Of a DNA stretch of 64,000 nt, positions 52,131 to 61,795 are shown in pieces. Origin of the DNA: Cenarchaeum sp. GTDB taxonomy: Archaea > Thermoproteota > Nitrososphaeria > Nitrososphaerales > Nitrosopumilaceae. Under the pieces are notes generated by a model. That model saw only the letters and a list, made by a program, of their open reading frames with translations, was not told the DNA's origin and did no database searches. How positions within the stretch are numbered: position 1 is the first letter of the stretch; each line of letters opens with the position of its first letter. The stretch spans positions 288,001-352,000 of the forward strand of contig OZ242221.1 of NCBI GenBank assembly GCA_965206845.1, given 5' to 3'. The translations under genes were made by a program, and so were the position numbers.

Positions 52131-52432
52131 CTGGATGCAACCACACATCCGGACAAGATCCACGAATCCTGTCTTGAGTGTGCCGGATCCTTGCAGGACA
52201 AACTCCTTGGAAAGCCCAAATCTGGCTGCAACGTCACACCAAAGGATCTTCAATCCCTGCTTTGTTCGCCCTGTTTGAGATACAGTGCGTCTGAAGGTGG
52301 GCCTGACCGGACGGTTTATCCAAAAGGCAGGTCCGCCCAGCTCCGGTTTTTCAGATCTTTAATCGGAATACTACGCACATACGCACACACACACCGTGAC
52401 GGGCCTTCATGCCACACCCGGCACTACGGGGA

Positions 52433-53311
52433 TCACAGCCGGAAGTGAAAGGCCGCATCGGCTGCCACCGCGGCAAAGATGATCGTCAGGTACGGCGCCG
52501 TTACCTTGTACGCCTTCCAGGCAAAGTCCGCGGTGGGGGTCTGCGTGAGCCTGTAATGGTACACGAGCATCATCCCGCCAGAGACGGCGGCTATGACCAC
52601 GTAGACCACACCCATGCCAAAGGCGTAGAGGGCAAGCGAGAACGGAACCAGGATTAGCGTGTTGGCCAGGATGTACTTTGAGGTTCGCTGCATGCCGATG
52701 ACCACCGGCAGCATGGGCACGTTGGCCTCCTCGTAGTCGGCCCTTATCTTCATTGCAAGGCACCAAAAGTGCGACGGCGTCCAGGCAAAGACCAGAAAGC
52801 CCACCATAAACCCCAGAATGTCAAGGGATCCGGTGGCGCCAGCCCATCCGGCCCAGGACGCAGCGCTGCCGGCAATTCCGCCTATCACAATATTTGAGGT
52901 GTTGATGCGCTTGAGCCAGACGGTGTAGATTATGACGTATGAGAATATCCCCAGTGCGATAAAGAACGCTGCAAGCCAGTTGAGCGCAAGGTACCCGTAG
53001 ACTACAGATGCCGCGCTCAACACCAGCCCGTACACAAACACCTGGCGCTCCCCGATCCGGCCTGACGGGATGGGCCTGGTGCTGGTTCTCTTCATCATGG
53101 GATCTATGTCCCTGTCGTAGTAGTGATTAAGCGCGCTCGAGCCGGCAGACGCCATCGCGCCGGCAACTATGATGTGCAGGTAGGCCCAGAGATCAAGATC
53201 GGGCGCCCCGGAGACAAGCCTGCTTGCGGCATACATCGAGGCCACTGCGGTAATTACCAGCAGCACGACTATCCGCGGCTTGGATACCTCCATTATCTCT
53301 CTTAATCCCAA
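52433..53311 (-). CDS. cyoE: Protoheme IX farnesyltransferase (heme O synthase)
   Basis: SKPRI, NHYYDRDID..M.RT..RPIPSG, YTVWLKR, WTPSHF and DY...VPMLP motifs. Confidence 0.95.
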   Translation of the reverse strand: MGLREIMEVSKPRIVVLLVITAVASMYAASRLVSGAPDLDLWAYLHIIVAGAMASAGSSALNHYYDRDIDPMMKRTSTRPIPSGRIGERQVFVYGLVLSAASVVYGYLALNWLAAFFIALGIFSYVIIYTVWLKRINTSNIVIGGIAGSAASWAGWAGATGSLDILGFMVGFLVFAWTPSHFWCLAMKIRADYEEANVPMLPVVIGMQRTSKYILANTLILVPFSLALYAFGMGVVYVVIAAVSGGMMLVYHYRLTQTPTADFAWKAYKVTAPYLTIIFAAVAADAAFHFRL

Positions 53312-53688
53312 CTACATCATTGGCTTTGCCATTGAATTTAATTCCTTTGTAATTTTGTCCGTACTGGATCATCCGTATCCGGTCGCGTGCAAAGTCTCTT
53401 GTGGACACGCTCTCCACAAGCATGAGAAGAAGGAATGCCACGCTCTCTGCAGACAATGCCCAAACGGCCCTGCCGGTCTGCCGCGGCGCAGCATACGGGC
53501 GCCGGCTCCGTAGGGCCGCCCGGGACTTTGCTATGTGGTGTAGCCGCCCAGAGTGGCATGCCAGATTCCGAGTCAGCGCGATCAGGGACAGGATGCCCGT
53601 CCAGCACGGTGCTGGGCCTGGCTCCCGCGTCAGCAGGAAGACATGTTTCAAAAGGATTTAATTATCTCGGCTCGGCCAGCTACCGTAA

Positions 53689-54765
53689 ATGAGCAATTGG
53701 GATCTCATGATGCCGGGCATGGGCCTTACGGCAATCGGCCTTGCAGGTGTCTTTATCTCGTACTCCGGCTTGGCCCACACGTTTATCGACGGCATGCATG
53801 CCCTCACGGGGCTCACCATGTTCATAGGCCTCATATTCCTGTCCACGGGAATCCTGGACGGCGGTGTATCCACCAGCAACAGGGCCAAGGCAACGACGCT
53901 TGTGATAATCTCAATTGCGCTGTCCTTTGGGGTCTTCGGATTTACCCTGGGAACCTTTGACTCGACTAGCATCTTTGCCGGAATTATGATGGCCCTTGTG
54001 ACGCCTGCCGTCGTCATATCATACATGGCCGCCAAGATGCCCCAGTTTTTGCGGCCCGTCGGTACCATCTTTGCCCTGGCCATAGGCGCAGGGATCCTAT
54101 CCTTTGTGGGCTTTGGCCTAGTAGGGCCTGACCCGTATCTCATTCCGGAGCAGATAGAGATCGAGCTGGATGTGATACCGGATATCATCTCTGATGCGCC
54201 AGTGTTTACCATCGTCATGCTGGCGGGATCCGCAGATCAGGGAAACCCGGACTATGATCCAGACCTGGCCGTCGTCCAGCAGGGAGACCGTGTCGTGTGG
54301 TCCAACGAGGACGACGTTGCCCACACCTCAACCAGCAGTGTGGACTTTGGGGACACCTTTGACACGGGCCTTCTGGGCGTCGGAGCCACGTACACACTAG
54401 ACACCGCAGACATACCCGTAGGCGAGTACGACTACCTGTGCTCCGTTCATCCATGGATGACCTCGGTTCTGATCATCGAGGGCACTCCAGAGCCCGCCGT
54501 GGTGTCGCTGCCCATGGGATCATCGCTCCAACAGCCCGGGCAGATCTACTACGACCCTGATCTGATAGTCGTGTCCGTCGGCGACACTGTGGCATGGAAC
54601 AACGACGACAACGCAATACACACCGTTACCGCAAACCAGAACGAGTTTGACTCCGGACTGCTGACGGTAGGTGGCGTCTTCGAGTACACCTTTGAGGAAG
54701 AGGGAACGTTTGACTACCTGTGTACGGTTCATCCCTGGATGGTTGGAACTGTAATAGTGGAATAG
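53689..54765 (+). CDS. Membrane protein with two C-terminal plastocyanin-like type-1 copper domains
   Basis: About five TM helices, then two H...YLC-x-VHPWM sites. Confidence 0.92.
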   Translation: MSNWDLMMPGMGLTAIGLAGVFISYSGLAHTFIDGMHALTGLTMFIGLIFLSTGILDGGVSTSNRAKATTLVIISIALSFGVFGFTLGTFDSTSIFAGIMMALVTPAVVISYMAAKMPQFLRPVGTIFALAIGAGILSFVGFGLVGPDPYLIPEQIEIELDVIPDIISDAPVFTIVMLAGSADQGNPDYDPDLAVVQQGDRVVWSNEDDVAHTSTSSVDFGDTFDTGLLGVGATYTLDTADIPVGEYDYLCSVHPWMTSVLIIEGTPEPAVVSLPMGSSLQQPGQIYYDPDLIVVSVGDTVAWNNDDNAIHTVTANQNEFDSGLLTVGGVFEYTFEEEGTFDYLCTVHPWMVGTVIVE

Positions 54766-54767
54766 CA

Positions 54768-55175
54768 TTGTACAGAACCATATCGATCTCTCTGGATCAG
54801 AGGCGTCAGCTGCTCCGGCATGCCGCAGACGGCATGCCATACGAGTCGTGTGCCATACTCCTGGGAACGAGCCAGAACCAGGATGCCACGGTAGCCGAGA
54901 TCTATCTCACGGAGAATGCGGACAGATCCTCCACAAGGTTTACCGTCTCAAGCAAGGATCTGATGGAGATATACGCAACAGCAGAGAGAAAGAGCCTTGA
55001 GGTGGTGGCCATATTTCACTCCCACCCGCTCTCCGAAGCGTACCCCTCTGCCACGGACCAAAAGTTCATGTTCAACAACCCGGTGGTCTGGGTCATTGCA
55101 GGGCTAGCCCGCACGATCAGAGCGTTTGTCCTGGATCCCGGGGTACGCGAGATTCCGATCATACAGCAAAGTTGA
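54768..55175 (+). CDS. JAMM/MPN+ metalloprotease
   Basis: PYESC and FHSHP...PSATD motifs. Probable TTG start. Confidence 0.9.
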   Translation: MYRTISISLDQRRQLLRHAADGMPYESCAILLGTSQNQDATVAEIYLTENADRSSTRFTVSSKDLMEIYATAERKSLEVVAIFHSHPLSEAYPSATDQKFMFNNPVVWVIAGLARTIRAFVLDPGVREIPIIQQS

Positions 55176-55298
55176 GGGCGGGCCGCAGGCGCCGACCCGT
55201 GTGCGCAGGCCGACATTCCACGGCCGCAGAACGCCACCATATATCCTGCACGCAGAGCAGGTTCCTTGAAATAAATATCCCCTGCTTTGTGGGATGGT

Positions 55299-55556
55299 AT
55301 GCAAATCCACGTATACGACACATACGTCAGATCAAAGGCAGGACACATCATGCACTTTGACGTGATTACCGGCGAAAAGGATCACGGCAAGGCCATAGAG
55401 TACGGCAAGGAGTGGTTGACATCAGTCGGCGAGGACGGAGCCACCATCACGACAAACGAGTGCCAGTTCTGCCACTCCCAGGGAGCCCCCGAACCTGTAG
55501 AGAGCGAGATCAGGGAGAAGGGGTACTTTATCCAGAAGATGGAAGGCTGTCCCTAG
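55299..55556 (+). CDS. DUF2024-like small protein
   Basis: VYDTYV, MHFDV, CQFCH and GYFI motifs. Confidence 0.85.
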   Translation: MQIHVYDTYVRSKAGHIMHFDVITGEKDHGKAIEYGKEWLTSVGEDGATITTNECQFCHSQGAPEPVESEIREKGYFIQKMEGCP

Positions 55557-55568
55557 GCCTTCATCGAC

Positions 55569-55583
55569 CCTTTTTTTTTATTT
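55569..55583 (+). terminator. Oligo-T archaeal terminator-like tract
   Basis: T9-A-T3 run about 15 nt after the stop codon. Confidence 0.5.
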
Positions 55584-55682
55584 AGATTTGCGGCATGGGA
55601 TCAGATCCCATTTCAACCACGCACCCAGAAGAGTCCCTGCGCCCGGCTCGGTACTACAGGCGGCACTGTGTCCGCAGCCAGC

Positions 55683-55943
55683 CTAGCCGTGACCCGTGCT
55701 TGGGGCAAACGCGTCTCCCTGGCATGCCTTGCTAGAGTCAGTCGCAAACACCCGGTTCTCCGTGGACCACCAGTACGCGGTGGCAGTATAGTCCACAATC
55801 TCCCCACAGTCCATGCCCCGTATCAGCTCCATCTGCGCCTCTGCCAGCGGATCAAGGTAGAGCACCTTGTAGATCCCGATGTAGACGCCGAGCACTATGC
55901 CCACGGCAAGAAATATGGCTGCGATAACAAAACCGTACTCCAT
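55683..55943 (-). CDS. Small membrane-anchored hypothetical protein
   Basis: MEYGFVIAAIFLAVGIVLG TM helix followed by a two-Cys domain. Confidence 0.55.
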   Translation of the reverse strand: MEYGFVIAAIFLAVGIVLGVYIGIYKVLYLDPLAEAQMELIRGMDCGEIVDYTATAYWWSTENRVFATDSSKACQGDAFAPSTGHG

Positions 55944-56131
55944 TGCTGATACGCCCGGGATTGCCATATTTTTAGTTTTGACATGGAATACGGCGCAGGC
56001 AGCCTGCCGTGCCGGGCAGGGGAGATCGCAGGATATGCGGTGCCCGCACCCAGATGGATGAAGATGTGACATCGCATGGCAGAGGACGGCAGATCGCGAG
56101 ATTTTTTAGGAGACGGCTTGCACACACAAGC

Positions 56132-56320
56132 ATGAAGCACCCATACGTGCGCCTCACAGTCGAGGGGGACAAGAGCACCAAGTGGATCTGCGGCTGCTTT
56201 CAGACAGAGGACGGCTTTTTCAAGTTCTGCCCCAGGCACGACGAGATCATGAGGAAGACCATCCTGGCACAGATCGACGAGATGGACATGACCACGGAGA
56301 TAAGGGATCCCGACGCGTGA
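56132..56320 (+). CDS. Small CxC...CxxH hypothetical protein
   Basis: WICGC...FCPRH pattern with TTTTTTA upstream. Confidence 0.65.
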   Translation: MKHPYVRLTVEGDKSTKWICGCFQTEDGFFKFCPRHDEIMRKTILAQIDEMDMTTEIRDPDA

Positions 56321-56329
56321 CCGGAACGG

Positions 56330-58372
56330 CTAGAGCGCGACTATGGCCACAAACGCCGACACGAAGACGATTGCCACCGTGTTGAGCAGCTTTATCACCG
56401 TGTTGAGCGCCGGGCCCGCGGTGTCCTTGTAGGGATCGCCGATGATGTCTCCCACCACGGCCACCTTGTGCTCCTCGCTCCCCCTCTGGCCCCTCATCTC
56501 CACCAGCTTCTTTGCGTTGTCCCAGGCACCGCCGGTGTTCGCAAGGTGGTACGCCAGGAATATCCCGGTTACGACGGCGCCCATCAGGAGCCCCGCAACC
56601 GCGGTGGGCCCCAGCAGCACCCCCAGTATGATGGGCGCAGTGATTGCCATAACGGCAGACTTCCAGAGCTCCTTGATCGACGCCACGGTGGCGATGTCCA
56701 CGCACCGGGCATAGTCGGGCTTTGACTTGCCTGTAAGAATTCCCGGATCGGCCTTGAACTGCCTTCGCACCTCGTCGACCATCTTGGTTGCGGCACGGGT
56801 TACGCCGCTGATGAGCTGGCCCGTGATTATAAACGGGAGCAGCCCGCCGACCAGGAGCCCGATCACCACGGCGGGGTTTGTCAGGCTGTAGTCGAGCTCC
56901 AGCACACCCGCAAAGAAGTGGGCAGCCTCATACTGGAATGCCTGGATCATTGCCAGTGCAGCCAGGGCCGCGCTGGCAATTGCAAAGCCCTTTGTCACGG
57001 CCTTGGTGGTGTTGCCCACCGCGTCTATCTCGTCGGTGATCTTCCGGTTTGCCTCCCCCATGCCCGTCATCTCGACTATGCCGCCGGCGTTGTCTGCAAT
57101 GGGCCCGAAGGCGTCTATGCTGAGCACGATTCCGGCCAGGCTGAGCATCGCCATGGCAGTCAGCGACGTGCCAAGGATTCCGTACAGCACGGGATCCGCA
57201 CCCTCCGGCGCCGCCGCCGAGGATATGCCGTAGGAGAGGGTTATCGCGACCACCAGCGCTAGCATGAACGGTCCGGTGGACTGCAGTCCCTTGACGATTC
57301 CCATCAGCGTCAGCGACGCATAGCCCCACTTGGCGGACTCGGCAATCTCTTTTACCGGACCGTACTTGTAGCTGGTGTACCTGTCGGTAATCTTCTGGAT
57401 CACGGGAACCAGGATTACGCCGATCACCGTTGCGCCAAACAGCGCGTATGCGGCGCTGGACTCGCCGATGAAATAGTATGTAAACGCAAAGTTGAGCGCG
57501 ACGGCAATTCCCGCAGACACGTAGAATGAGCGGTTCAGCGGAGCCATCACGTCGGTCACGTTCTTGGATCTTATGATGAGCACGCCCACGATTGATGCGA
57601 TCATGCCAGACGCCCCGATGAGCATCGGGTACAGCACCAGCTCCGGCGCCCCGATCAGCGCAGTGATCAGCAGCGCAGCAAGGATGGTAACTATGTAGGA
57701 CTCGTAGATGTCAGAGCCCATGCCCGCGGCATCGCCGACGTTGTCGCCCACGTTGTCGGCTATGGTGGCCGGGTTACGAGGATCGTCCTCTGGTATGTTG
57801 GCCTCCACCTTCCCCACCAGGTCGGCCCCCATGTCGGCTGCCTTTGTGAAGATTCCGCCGCCGATCCTTATGAAGAGGGCTATGAGGCTGGCGCCTATGC
57901 CGACTCCGGCAATCGTGATGGGATCCGGATACACCATGTACAGGCCGGTAATCACCAGCAGCGCCATGGCAGGCACCGCGAGACCCACGGTTGCCCCACC
58001 CCTAAAGGCCATGACAAAGGTGCTTCCCAGGCCGACATTGCTCAGGTTCGCGGCCCTCACCGCAGTCTTGACGGTAATCTTGAGTGAGATCAGCCCGGCC
58101 ACGGCAGACAGGGTCGCGCCGACGGCAAACGCGACTCCGTTTGAGAACTCCAGGAATGCTCCGATGAGCACCGCCAACCCAATTGCCACGGGAATTATAA
58201 TCTTCATCTCCCTTCTGATAAACGCCGAGGCACCCACCTTGACGGCATCGGAGATCTCCTGCATCTCCTTGGTGCCGGCAGGCTGCCTTGAGATCCATGC
58301 CACAAGACCGCCAGCTATAATAAAAGAAACTATTCCTGCCACAATGGGCAGAAGTTCGTGGGGAAGATCCAT
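56330..58372 (-). CDS. hppA: Membrane-bound pyrophosphatase, K+-independent H+-pumping signature
   Basis: GGIFTKAADMGADLVGKVE, DNVGDNVGD, GNTTKA (Lys variant) and GDPYKDT motifs. Confidence 0.96.
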   Translation of the reverse strand: MDLPHELLPIVAGIVSFIIAGGLVAWISRQPAGTKEMQEISDAVKVGASAFIRREMKIIIPVAIGLAVLIGAFLEFSNGVAFAVGATLSAVAGLISLKITVKTAVRAANLSNVGLGSTFVMAFRGGATVGLAVPAMALLVITGLYMVYPDPITIAGVGIGASLIALFIRIGGGIFTKAADMGADLVGKVEANIPEDDPRNPATIADNVGDNVGDAAGMGSDIYESYIVTILAALLITALIGAPELVLYPMLIGASGMIASIVGVLIIRSKNVTDVMAPLNRSFYVSAGIAVALNFAFTYYFIGESSAAYALFGATVIGVILVPVIQKITDRYTSYKYGPVKEIAESAKWGYASLTLMGIVKGLQSTGPFMLALVVAITLSYGISSAAAPEGADPVLYGILGTSLTAMAMLSLAGIVLSIDAFGPIADNAGGIVEMTGMGEANRKITDEIDAVGNTTKAVTKGFAIASAALAALAMIQAFQYEAAHFFAGVLELDYSLTNPAVVIGLLVGGLLPFIITGQLISGVTRAATKMVDEVRRQFKADPGILTGKSKPDYARCVDIATVASIKELWKSAVMAITAPIILGVLLGPTAVAGLLMGAVVTGIFLAYHLANTGGAWDNAKKLVEMRGQRGSEEHKVAVVGDIIGDPYKDTAGPALNTVIKLLNTVAIVFVSAFVAIVAL

Positions 58373-58429
58373 CCTACACCAGCAAGCCAATAATCCTGAA
58401 ATATAAATTATCAAGCAGCAAGAGTGGCA

Positions 58430-58646
58430 GGCAGTTGGGTCTCCTTCGCCATGTCCGTAGGGAGTCGGTTAGGCATAGATCAAACCCTTGAATTCTGTCG
58501 TATCCGCCATCATTTGTGCCCAAACCCGCACGGAACGGTCACAAATATCCGGACAGAACCAGCCATCAGCCAGATCAAACAGTAACGATCTAACCTCTTA
58601 CGAGGGGGACGCGAAAGGTCCGGTGCCGTCCGCAACCTTTGGCGTC
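58430..58646 (+). ncRNA. Putative structured non-coding RNA of unknown family
   Basis: Intergenic, with TATA-like ATATAAAT at 58401. Nested complementary helices contain G-U pairs that favour the + strand, and AGATCAAAC is repeated. Confidence 0.6.
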
Positions 58647-58674
58647 CCGTCCTGCCATCCCTGGCAGAGGCGGA

Positions 58675-59037
58675 TCAGCGCCTCTTGCGGTACGGCAAAA
58701 AGACGCCGCCCCGCCTTGCCCGTCTTATGAGCCCGTTAAACCGGCGCCCGTGGCTGAGGTATGGAAACCGCATGTGGATCAGCTCATGGACTATGGTCTC
58801 GTCTAGCACCTGCTCGTTGGGAATCTTTCGTATGTTTATGAAGATCATGTTGCTTTTGAGGTACGCCACGCCATAGTACCGGTATGCCGTGCTTCGCCTT
58901 CCCCTAGTCATCTGCCGGGGCATCTCTAGCACGTCCTTGGTTGTCAGCAGCACCCGCGGCTCGGCAATGGAGAGCCGGCCGGAGTAGATGCTGACCTTTT
59001 CAAGAATCTGCCATTTGAGATCTGGATCCAGCCTCAC
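58675..59037 (-). CDS. Small zincin-like metallopeptidase (YgjP/SprT-like)
   Basis: IVHELIH...HGRRF motif. Confidence 0.8.
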   Translation of the reverse strand: MRLDPDLKWQILEKVSIYSGRLSIAEPRVLLTTKDVLEMPRQMTRGRRSTAYRYYGVAYLKSNMIFINIRKIPNEQVLDETIVHELIHMRFPYLSHGRRFNGLIRRARRGGVFLPYRKRR

Positions 59038-59243
59038 GACAGAGACTCGATGCGCCGCAGTATATCCGGCGGTGTCAGCTGTTGCTGCGGGTTTGGTCTA
59101 CTTTTTGGCAGGCCGCCTCCCCCGCACTGCCGCGGCCGGGGATCGCCCGGGCCGTGCGGTATCTGATCCGAACATCTAGGTCATTGGGACGACAGGATCA
59201 GAAAATTAGCAGTGTAATCACGAATCATACAGCCACCGTCTCA

Positions 59244-59726
59244 TCATATCCTGTCCATCATATCTAGGAGCGAGTGAGCCTTATCTCTTACTTGCGCGCT
59301 GACGTGCACCACGACCAGACCCTCATTTGGCTGGCCGTACATTACCGTCGAGCCCAGGGGGGCACTGGTGCATACGGGCAGAACCAGCAGATCCTCCTCG
59401 CCGTCCACCAGTATCCTGGAAGGCTTTGGGGAGGCAAGGGCCTCGTCTATGGCCGTGATCGCCTCCTCGGTGATCCCGCCGGGCGGGTTGCTACACCTTA
59501 TGCGGGTTCTCAGCAGTCCCCTATCCGGAAGATCCCTCCTTGCCCGCTTTTCAGTGCCGTCAACTATCTGAACCGACGGGACGATGCCGTACTGCATCAT
59601 CTTCTGCGTGGTGGCATCCCCTACGGTAATCAGCATGCCGTCGCCAAGCTCATCTAGCACGTTCTCCTGCGAGGTATCGGCATCCGGAATCAGCTTGCCA
59701 AGCGGCGTCTTGAACCTGTCACGCAT
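59244..59726 (-). CDS. GTP-dependent dephospho-CoA kinase (DUF359)
   Basis: TVGD, NPPG, VDGEEDL and YGQPNEG motifs. Start uncertain. Confidence 0.88.
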   Translation of the reverse strand: MRDRFKTPLGKLIPDADTSQENVLDELGDGMLITVGDATTQKMMQYGIVPSVQIVDGTEKRARRDLPDRGLLRTRIRCSNPPGGITEEAITAIDEALASPKPSRILVDGEEDLLVLPVCTSAPLGSTVMYGQPNEGLVVVHVSAQVRDKAHSLLDMMDRI

Positions 59727-59751
59727 TCCTTCGGCAATCTTTCCGGCGTAT

Positions 59752-60885
59752 CTACGGGCTGACGGTTCCAATGACCTGTCCTGTGTCCTGCGGTGGCGCC
59801 TCCGGTGGATCGTCCGGGGCGGCCATCTCCTCCCTGAGCTTGGCGGCAAGAATGCTGCACTGGGCGGCTATGTTCTTTGCCGCCGACTCGAAGGCCAGTG
59901 CGGCGGGGAGATCCGGATCTGAAAGCATGATCGACCTTCCAAGGTCTGAGCCCGACATTATGTCAGAGTGGAGCGGTATCTCTCCCAGGAACGGTATGCT
60001 GAACTTTTCGCTGATCTTTCTGGCCCCGCCCTCGCCAAATATGTAGTGCCTCTGGTCGCATCCGGTGCAGATAAAGTGGCTCATGTTTTCAACCACGCCT
60101 ATGATGGGAACGTTCAGCTTCTCAAACATGCCTATCGCCTTGACGGCCACGTTGCTTGCCACATCCTGGGGGGTTGTAACTACAAGTATGCCGGTAATCG
60201 GGATGGTCTGCGCCAGCGTAAGCGGGATGTCACCTGTTCCGGGCGGCAGGTCCACCACAAGGTAGTCCAGGTCAGACCAATTGGTGTCGACCAGAAACTG
60301 CTTGAGGATGCCAGATATGATCGGTCCACGGTATATGGCTGCCTGGTGCTGCTGCTCTGCAAAGAATCCAAACGACACCACCTGGATGCCGCTTGCGGTT
60401 GCCGGCTGCAGCTTGTTGTTCTCCACCTCCATGTATGCGTCCTTCATGCCAAGCATCAGCGGTATGCTGGGGCCGTATATGTCGGCATCCAAGAGGCCAA
60501 CCTTGGCCCCTGACTTTGACAGCGCCAGCGCCAGGTTCAGGGAGACTGTAGACTTGCCGACCCCACCTTTGCCGCTTGCGACGCCGATGATGTTCTTTAC
60601 GGTCGACATTCCCGTGTCGTCGTCCAGGGAGCGGCCCTCCATGACCTTGGCGGTAACCTTGAGGTCAAAGCTGCGCACCCCATCAAGCTCCCCTATCACC
60701 CGTCGGACATCCTCCTCGATGTCTGCGTTAAACGGACAGGCCGGGGTGGTCAGCTCCAGTGTAAACTTGAGGTCGCCCTGATCCAGCTCCAGATCCTTGA
60801 TCATCCCCATCGAGACGATGTCCTTCTTCAGATCAGGATCGATTACCGTGCTCAGCTTCTCAAGTACCTGATCTACTCCAGCCAT
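59752..60885 (-). CDS. Mrp/ApbC/NBP35 Fe-S cluster carrier ATPase with N-terminal DUF59 domain
   Basis: VIDPDL, TTPACP, SGKGGVGKS, DLPPGTGD and ENMS...CxxC motifs. Confidence 0.94.
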   Translation of the reverse strand: MAGVDQVLEKLSTVIDPDLKKDIVSMGMIKDLELDQGDLKFTLELTTPACPFNADIEEDVRRVIGELDGVRSFDLKVTAKVMEGRSLDDDTGMSTVKNIIGVASGKGGVGKSTVSLNLALALSKSGAKVGLLDADIYGPSIPLMLGMKDAYMEVENNKLQPATASGIQVVSFGFFAEQQHQAAIYRGPIISGILKQFLVDTNWSDLDYLVVDLPPGTGDIPLTLAQTIPITGILVVTTPQDVASNVAVKAIGMFEKLNVPIIGVVENMSHFICTGCDQRHYIFGEGGARKISEKFSIPFLGEIPLHSDIMSGSDLGRSIMLSDPDLPAALAFESAAKNIAAQCSILAAKLREEMAAPDDPPEAPPQDTGQVIGTVSP

Positions 60886-61194
60886 GCGCAAGGAATTGCG
60901 GAGTGCATTATTTAGTTCTTATGGGAGCCTCCGGTTCTGCAGGCTCGGACACAGGCGATGACAAGGCAGGCGCCTGGCCCGTGCCCGTCCCAGCGCACTA
61001 TCCCGATCCTGCAGCGGATCAGGCCGCCGCAGTCCTGTCAAGGGACTGGCTCTGCCCAGATGCTCCTAGCCGTTCCCCACTGCATGGGCGCAGGTAATGT
61101 CAGGCACGGCAGAATGTAAGAGCCAAACCCCCGCCCAATCAAATTCTTCACCGGATCCCCAACTAAAGATTCATAAATCCAAATCTGGCAGAAG

Positions 61195-61794
61195 ATGCCA
61201 GTGTTTTCTATATCAACGCTGTTAGATGTAATAAGGATCCCTCCGGATCGATTTAACGCCTCACTAAAAGAGGCGGCGATTGCCATACTGAAGGAAAAGT
61301 ACGAGAGCATGATCAACGCCGAGCTGGGCTACATCATCATGATAATGGATGCCAAGGTGGACAGGATGGGAAAGATGATCGCAGGAGACGGAGGGACATT
61401 TCACAAGGTGGAGTTTGAGGCGCTGACGTTCTATCCCAAAATGCAGGAGATTGTGCAGGGGGAGATTGTAGATATCACGGACTTTGGGGCATTTGTCAGA
61501 ATAGGCCCAACCGACGCACTGCTGCACCTGTCACAGGTGATGGACGACTACCTAAAGAGCGACGTCAAGGCAGGCATCATAATTGCAAACCAGAGCGGCC
61601 GCACGCTCAGGGTGGGCTCTACGCTTCGGGCCCGCATTACCGCGGTATCCCTTGGCAAGGCCGCATCCATGGGCAAGATCGGAATCACCTGCAGGCAGCC
61701 GTTCTTGGGTGCTGATGCGTGGATCGCAGAGGAGCTCAAAAAGGCCGAAGAGGGGACTGAAAAGCCAAAGATGGCAGAGATAAAGGAGAAGTAG
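61195..61794 (+). CDS. rpoE1: RNA polymerase subunit E' (Rpo7)
   Basis: IRIPP, GDG and FGAFVRIGPTDALLHLSQ S1 domain. Confidence 0.95.
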   Translation: MPVFSISTLLDVIRIPPDRFNASLKEAAIAILKEKYESMINAELGYIIMIMDAKVDRMGKMIAGDGGTFHKVEFEALTFYPKMQEIVQGEIVDITDFGAFVRIGPTDALLHLSQVMDDYLKSDVKAGIIIANQSGRTLRVGSTLRARITAVSLGKAASMGKIGITCRQPFLGADAWIAEELKKAEEGTEKPKMAEIKEK

Positions 61795-61795
61795 G

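Larger units (their letters stand above)
42694..52373 (+). mobile_element. IS630-family element A, outermost shell of the nest
   Basis: Left end TAGTAATACGAATAAAGATTCGGAAAAC matches the reverse-complemented right end TAGTATTCCGATTAAAGATCTGAAAAAC. CGCA flanks both sides (42690-42693, 52374-52377). Confidence 0.85.

Noticed and set aside
52374-52395. CA/CGCA-rich microsatellite-like tract, also at 42675-42693
   Set aside because: These are the two halves of the short low-complexity site into which IS630-A inserted, not an independent repeat system.
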